Virus record (IMG/VR): IMGVR_UViG_3300006919_000061
Coordinates: 1-58,325 of that record
Direction: 5' to 3' (one strand)
From: a virus
Lineage: Duplodnaviria > Caudoviricetes
Length of the DNA: 58,325 nt
Part shown: positions 55,801-58,325 of the stretch, piece by piece
Layout of the letters: each line of letters starts with the position of its first letter
Numbering within the stretch: the first letter of the stretch is position 1
Notes under the pieces: generated by a model
Seen by the model: the letters and a program-made list of their open reading frames with translations, nothing else
What the model was told of the DNA's origin: nothing
Database searches by the model: none
Made by a program: the position numbers and the translations under genes

Positions 55801-58325
55801 ATTCTCCCGGCACAGATTGCTGCGTCTAAGGACAGCTTGCCTAAGGAGTACCGGGACATGACCATCGAAGAGATTCGTGCCAAGGCTCCGGAGGTGTTGC
55901 AGTCTATTACGCTGCGTATCCCGTCCGAGTCTATTAACTCTGGCGCGCTTGTCGAGATTGTCGAGTTCTTGCCTGACGGCATGGACGGCGTGATTGTGCC
56001 GGACGAGTTCGTGACTCAGATGGGTTCTGACTTTGACGTGGACAAGCTGTTCTTCCAGTTCCGTGCTAACGACAACAGCAAGCAAGACAAGCTGTTTGAT
56101 TTGATGAAAGAGGTGTTCGAAGATGAGCGCAACCTTAAGTACATCATGGCACCGCAAGGATTCGACACGTTCTCCGCGAAGGCGAAGAGCCGTCCTATCC
56201 GTACGCAGGAGGCTGAGCAGCAGATTGTACACAACCCGCTCTCGCTTACCACGCACATCAGCATGCGTAGCGATAACATGGCAGGTGTTGCACTGAAGGG
56301 TAAGGCTGCTAACCGCAACATTATCTTTGAGGACCTCATCCGTAACGGTTTTGTCTACGGCGCTCCCCTTACCATCAACGGCAACAGAGCAGGCTTTGAC
56401 TACCGCACGGTGTCCGACACCAACAAGAACATCCACTCCGAGGCTGTGGCTGCTGCAATGGACGGCGCTAAGGACCCGGTGTACGGTAAGCTCGGTATTA
56501 CCGACGACAACTTTAGTATGTTCATGGAGCTCGTCATGCTTAGTGACGGAGACCTTGACGCGGCTATCGACCTTGTACAGTCTGACGCAATGCGCATGGA
56601 GGCTGCAGGCCACATTCGTATTATGGACGCATCCAACGACACTGTTGTTGTGATGGCTCAGACGGAAAAGGGTGAACAGTTCTTGCAGATGGCTGCTAAC
56701 AACAGCAAAGAAAACTCTGCTAAGTATTACCCAGAGAAGTTCCAATTCACTGTACGCGGCAGTAGTAACTTGAACACCACGACCAATGACATGGGTACGC
56801 TCATGGCAGGCATTGGTACGTGGCGTGAGCAGGTTAGCGGTCCGATGCGTCACATCAATAAGGTGATTCGCTTGGATAAGAAGAACGTTAAGAACGACAT
56901 CGAGGGAGTCATGCTGACTGGCTCGGGCAACGAGGACTTGGTGCACGGTTCGTTCTTTACCCCGGGTAGGCCGCACACTTCTGCGACTGAAACCAAGGGT
57001 GAGTTCTCAGCTGCTTTGCCGATTAAGAACCGCATGAAGTCTATGTTCAACGAGACGTCTAAGCTCTTGAACGATTTGGGTGACGGTTACTTGACATACT
57101 TGACTATGCACTCAGAGGACCGCTTGTCTCGCGGACTGAAGATGGCGCAGTGGGATGCGTTCAAGCGTAACCAAGCGGCTGCTATCCACACCGACAAGGT
57201 GACGTACACCGCGATGGGTGAGCGTAAGAACATGTCCCCGGGCCTGCTGCCTGAGAACAAGGAGGACTGGAGTCTCGAGAACTGGCTGCGCTATTTGCGC
57301 ACTAGCGACGAAGTTAAGGGCGACAGCACACCGTTGGGCCGTGTCATCAGCAAGTTGCTGGTGCAGCCCAAGCCATACGAAGTGCGGGGCATCTTCTTCG
57401 ACAACATTACGCTTGTCGGTATTAGCGATGAGGTTGAGGCGCGCCAGCTTGCCGAAGACGTGCAAGAGCTGTACGACTCGGATAACGACGACTTCGTGTC
57501 ATTCGTTGAGGCTATCGACGCGTACGAAGCGCAGCGTTCTGGTTACGGTATGAGCCAGTCTCGTTTGACCGGTATCTTGCCGGGTGATATTACTATGGCT
57601 ATTGCCCGCGCTACGGGTGCACATGGTAAGACGGACGAGGCCATGCGTGCTGAGCCTAACGCTATCATACAGGAGGACATCTGGAATCCTAATGTCCCAC
57701 GTATCAACAAGCCCTTGTCTGCAGCTGTGATGCAGGTGGCTGACTCTGGTATGGTGGGTGTGTTCCGCACTAACGACGGACACGTCATCTTCCCGACGCA
57801 CGAGCAGAACGGTGAGATTGAATGGGGTTCCGCTAAGTCTCCGAACGAAGGTCAGAAGTTTAACGGTAAGCGTATGCTGGAGGGTTTCCAGATTCACCAG
57901 ACTTCTAAGAAGAACGAGAACTGGTACTCCAAGCTGGAGTACGGACCCGAGGTGTCTCGTGATGATAAGATTGAGCACCTCAAGGGCCGGTTCCGTAAGG
58001 CTGGTATCCACGTGCAGGTTGAGTTCGATAGCTCGTTGCCGGAGAACGGCCGCGTGGTTATTGACAAGGGAGCTGCTAAGATTACCCTGCACCCTGACAC
58101 GCTGCAAGGCGACACTATCGCACACGAGTTTGGCCACATCTTGGTCGAGGGCTTGGGCTATAGCAACCCGCTGGTGCAGCAAGGTATCGAGGAGCTGCGT
58201 GACTCTGAGCTGTGGGCACAGGTCGAGGAGGCCTACCCTGAGCTGAACGACCGCGACCTCGGTATGGAGGTACTCGTTACTGCCATTGGCCGTAAGGGTA
58301 GTGAGCTGTTTGAGAACCAGAAGAA
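46816..58325 (+). CDS. Giant virion-packaged RNA polymerase polyprotein (3'-truncated by the window; >3,800 aa) with PD-(D/E)xK nuclease and two zincin motifs
   Basis: ATG at 46816; the track lists no closed ORF in this frame and spot-checked lines have no stop. MGSDFDVDKL (DFDVDK 56029-56046), RIP (55915), ADAQSY, YKPFY, QIKNS, TAHKVG, DGAKDP; GTVDLL...YDMKT (49732-49794); HEAFH (52135-52149); HEFGH (58123-58137). Confidence 0.93.
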   Translation, partial: MSEENTTDGGTNTPNQETSGNSISNTPEYGLNFNNLSFSQGPTEQVRSFDETKEFMDDTTQFGRYDNFESAALNQSGWEALGRGAMNAVGEVVGGGMEGIGALFNWNTLTDPKNTERNFLEMLGQEVRGSFEDGNEIYDLRAGETMDVMNVKWWAKNLPSLASTASMFVPGMGAGFVAAKVLSKAGRTLNKINKIGKTLDKAEELASVAKAGNIGSAVGRQFGGAVAMRHAENMRSAHDVYEQAYADIANSDGGVEQFKGTTAWRAAVEELGHQPTKEELAEYVAGQASLQSYKVNSLNIGFDLLHMGALSKALKGTRGVRRGLKGAKQKAAAAGKELTRKQRNIARAKGLSATLFEAGTEGIEEAVNFIGENEGRYLGRQISGGEQTKFGDRFNEYVADDHLWESAFLGALGGGVMAGGGSLVGRGKATRNHEKIMEQIETRKKALAEIGKKVDAASKTGDVRAQREAVREAVTAEAFGMGAESAYSGTADLLEIQLAQFEEALREEGHSPRMIEQTLNDIANQFNTAEQSVEKGQLVVQELGLDEDTGMEVMNQLLQHDFVANKIANKRQANTRKLQGLPKSEERKREIMWHYLNEYLNKEEEQDAKVIERLEEAMGGREAVQAMTERIVGKVEQNTTVDTAAVAAANEKLDLAMAKVESLKAAVANQSDNEAAKRQLADELIEANAAVEAAKAGVETAKAGTTEDIVTEGTPIQEVGENKADDVLQSEIELDFQEAELAKQRAAFLSDENIDKLVEKSEERRAAKDKERTKRRKEAKEEAKTKEELEALKKTAETVEEEQEIDDALTDMVNQAKNNETQKEQERSKDVQVPTEVQKDIDTLLENSKYVQLNEDGSAYVDSRTGQRYVRTTTWMKGPNAAEESFSDTFGIPSSNIGNSVDEFVRDFMDGNVRAPEAYPHLPVEHQEKLALQLMELEAQFVANGEKVIAKDVVLFNDMDVSNLDPSASGVAGTVDLLTVDAEGNFRVYDMKTIRNAASKKKVVPFETDGINRRTGKAKYGTGDKSYKGSPTLQQKHQKQLSAYRLMLMNQLGRPVPEIGIIPVDVSYDTNDSLSTEELNAIVTGRADYLGMIAHTPLAKLNGLTEPEVNNAEPDPDDAPDPGKDDTKDEDPQDNQPVTTVELEPGTVTIETPDLIQFFTEKLSVDYDRHRGEPYLVHTANGPIVMDESLTKDQMLLLQEVISGANTEPITIRVVGDTTPIPSVEVFDALKDTHAADSLLTEKNKKGRRQYRPSGKGDTLALDIFVGDQRLGTLPNTSALMMAAHRRGMAESTSVIKGGKNKGLMFRQKSEDGFGVGSRVGEVRKHENRMMTGPTQAEHFERAAQMHALRQQLWELHTANGKNIADGVSFRVNINFGETSFGNKAQGSLIMDSSMEVRAEQYGVGASIRRHGIALMMPNTGNKEMSLKRSGERAAPITPYGYNETRHQQDGFNLSRHESGALFVPIESAGEVIWVKMPGQTVSMLNNGERIARDIITELANPTANSIARAQNLIGSNIVQEIEPGVFAIFADNRNIKVPESPENLAVSIYRDGQWSTPLEEIVPNMNVDIAVKIAQGDSAFNTDESFTVGGTKFDGISDFVASEMKLGHSPVVDGDGNVISWTHPLAPAYPYNEGDKDKSFSNENTMKTQLTMTATVLTGGEVKPVTTLSGKDLLDGLMDKDSTVPEGEKAFDVEGDLDFSFLTIAAAESSNNADRATKIDMKEAEEWWAKNMSSVPFKRVKGIIERNGLLGYGIFEKGAVEVSDRAVKGTEYHEAFHAVFQMFLSDDRQAKVMADAKRLYGAKSEEALEEDLAEDFREYMMTSGKSMNEKSVVRRFFSELMELINALTKEGFSGYRKAKLFQQINRGKFNNASPRVREYATRNMLIAENLPDYNENVQKELVQNVQSAAFTAIRAAQRGKAPASIMNLYNDLKQLNAMSRKEYNAMAKAQDMDGIQQEDLINQKMVQLGMQAMVHQANMVLKTAPNRAELAARYKKLFKQDVEPISKFLSEHPTVRAFTKSALDTEFTAGTNQHQQNNDSFEKMNPKDSLSANVRNLINTTPEVSIELSQNSPQIEFHMAAARLAGQEGDFAKAQEHIAEVQNLVNSNATETHFGLPQMMQVDRVFAFMSERLANKATPEAMIDELFRMGDSYPQFKLLGLRLMKETPDVRAQFFAGFRRGDTTELVVNNRKFIEVRGPFGGTLANHNRVPIQLRMEEIAAAKGKDLVQTARDAQAAAQRALKEVPNMTNEQFEKTANKWLDVIGFQTMDPQARSVVLAKITQDPDARAKLFSNIANVLGAYSGVANAKDVTDLTSDKLFNKHLMKLAEQFQAADMGAISTTFNNVAGSRQFSKQVPSFITEWFDQFQNFPEGTDIEAKLRETVFRDPRMYATTYGKLLFPNGASKPMDMAGMAAIRTYRLGGNESSQAKYTEMTEEEWMGMLISAVSNPVEVAHNSKYHFLPITTPSDATNTMMVPAFIYDMRSDAGKKAARMQLRKTIKSEFYELQRVPGRFTIGAVHEYLSKELNRKNEDGEGNFQIDMATLPEELLNEAVDKAVGSFAKEAQALVADENFQRAKQKSNRKESNNMELALTMVVSGYMSNWSTGVSLAGTPNEFSSKLKKNTVDMQKRHKHILSPGVANAGVTARSHFRSVTMVESVENLQKLWEGLDQTFALDDNYKKVEIADAQSYVSLEFYEDILMEHGDWTPEIGAAIAKAKKGEKLDASDVKLLRPYKPFYYTRQFDADLGMSRSYQIKNSIIPVVGALSPEFKKFEDWMRASGVDQVQMGTAHKVGQHKNNIPLRNAEGEFTGVAPTTNEEKASFDEEFVYELPMTGYRKQVNVTDHWHSDSENKLASQLEKIVTAAAVRNMGEEGARISNEFVQTMDEIYKEQYDKFFGQFETSNGEINPKKFAEWLLSEMAEDELTDSSRKLIQAGMFTAPSVIGAVRGRIFSAVQKEVNTIQVNGGTQVQVASQFFRTNKNRLLPMRKEGDKILPAQIAASKDSLPKEYRDMTIEEIRAKAPEVLQSITLRIPSESINSGALVEIVEFLPDGMDGVIVPDEFVTQMGSDFDVDKLFFQFRANDNSKQDKLFDLMKEVFEDERNLKYIMAPQGFDTFSAKAKSRPIRTQEAEQQIVHNPLSLTTHISMRSDNMAGVALKGKAANRNIIFEDLIRNGFVYGAPLTINGNRAGFDYRTVSDTNKNIHSEAVAAAMDGAKDPVYGKLGITDDNFSMFMELVMLSDGDLDAAIDLVQSDAMRMEAAGHIRIMDASNDTVVVMAQTEKGEQFLQMAANNSKENSAKYYPEKFQFTVRGSSNLNTTTNDMGTLMAGIGTWREQVSGPMRHINKVIRLDKKNVKNDIEGVMLTGSGNEDLVHGSFFTPGRPHTSATETKGEFSAALPIKNRMKSMFNETSKLLNDLGDGYLTYLTMHSEDRLSRGLKMAQWDAFKRNQAAAIHTDKVTYTAMGERKNMSPGLLPENKEDWSLENWLRYLRTSDEVKGDSTPLGRVISKLLVQPKPYEVRGIFFDNITLVGISDEVEARQLAEDVQELYDSDNDDFVSFVEAIDAYEAQRSGYGMSQSRLTGILPGDITMAIARATGAHGKTDEAMRAEPNAIIQEDIWNPNVPRINKPLSAAVMQVADSGMVGVFRTNDGHVIFPTHEQNGEIEWGSAKSPNEGQKFNGKRMLEGFQIHQTSKKNENWYSKLEYGPEVSRDDKIEHLKGRFRKAGIHVQVEFDSSLPENGRVVIDKGAAKITLHPDTLQGDTIAHEFGHILVEGLGYSNPLVQQGIEELRDSELWAQVEEAYPELNDRDLGMEVLVTAIGRKGSELFENQK

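Noticed and set aside
54097-56976. 959-aa minus-strand ORF and other long antisense ORFs (e.g. 18685-20097, 16117-17460, 37793-39349)
   Set aside because: Shadows of strongly codon-biased plus-strand genes; no recognisable motifs
8763-58325. Active stop-codon reassignment in late genes
   Set aside because: All structural genes and the giant ORF read through intact under the standard bacterial code

Overview
About 58 kb of a Crassvirales (crAss-like) bacteriophage genome, most likely infecting a Bacteroidota host (host-type TTTG-N19/20-TAnnTTTG promoters, no Shine-Dalgarno use). Three zones. (i) 1-8200: a minus-strand block of small accessory/early-type genes and membrane micropeptides. It is punctuated by hairpins and a repeated intergenic GGGGAGCT element, and carries two dense, ORF-free stem-loop regions that look like unannotated structured ncRNAs (~1-340 and ~4390-4910). 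(ii) 8200-8760: a non-coding strand-switch region with G-runs, an array of short-loop hairpins and divergent host-type promoters. (iii) 8760-end: the plus-strand packaging/structural module (HU/IHF-like, amidase, TerL, portal, scaffold-like, major capsid, basic proteins, ring/hub proteins, fibres, holin, muzzle, cargo proteins). It ends in a >3,800-codon ORF missing from the supplied track (46816 to the window end) that fuses a PD-(D/E)xK nuclease, two HExxH zincin motifs and the two-barrel virion RNA polymerase (DFDVD). Top leads: the GGGGAGCT element (candidate virion-RNAP promoter or RNA signal), the two structured RNAs, host promoters that make leaderless mRNAs and sit inside terminator loops, an Acb2/Tad1-like protein and a stand-alone dockerin-like protein. 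All family assignments come from motif recognition and synteny by eye; no database searches were run.
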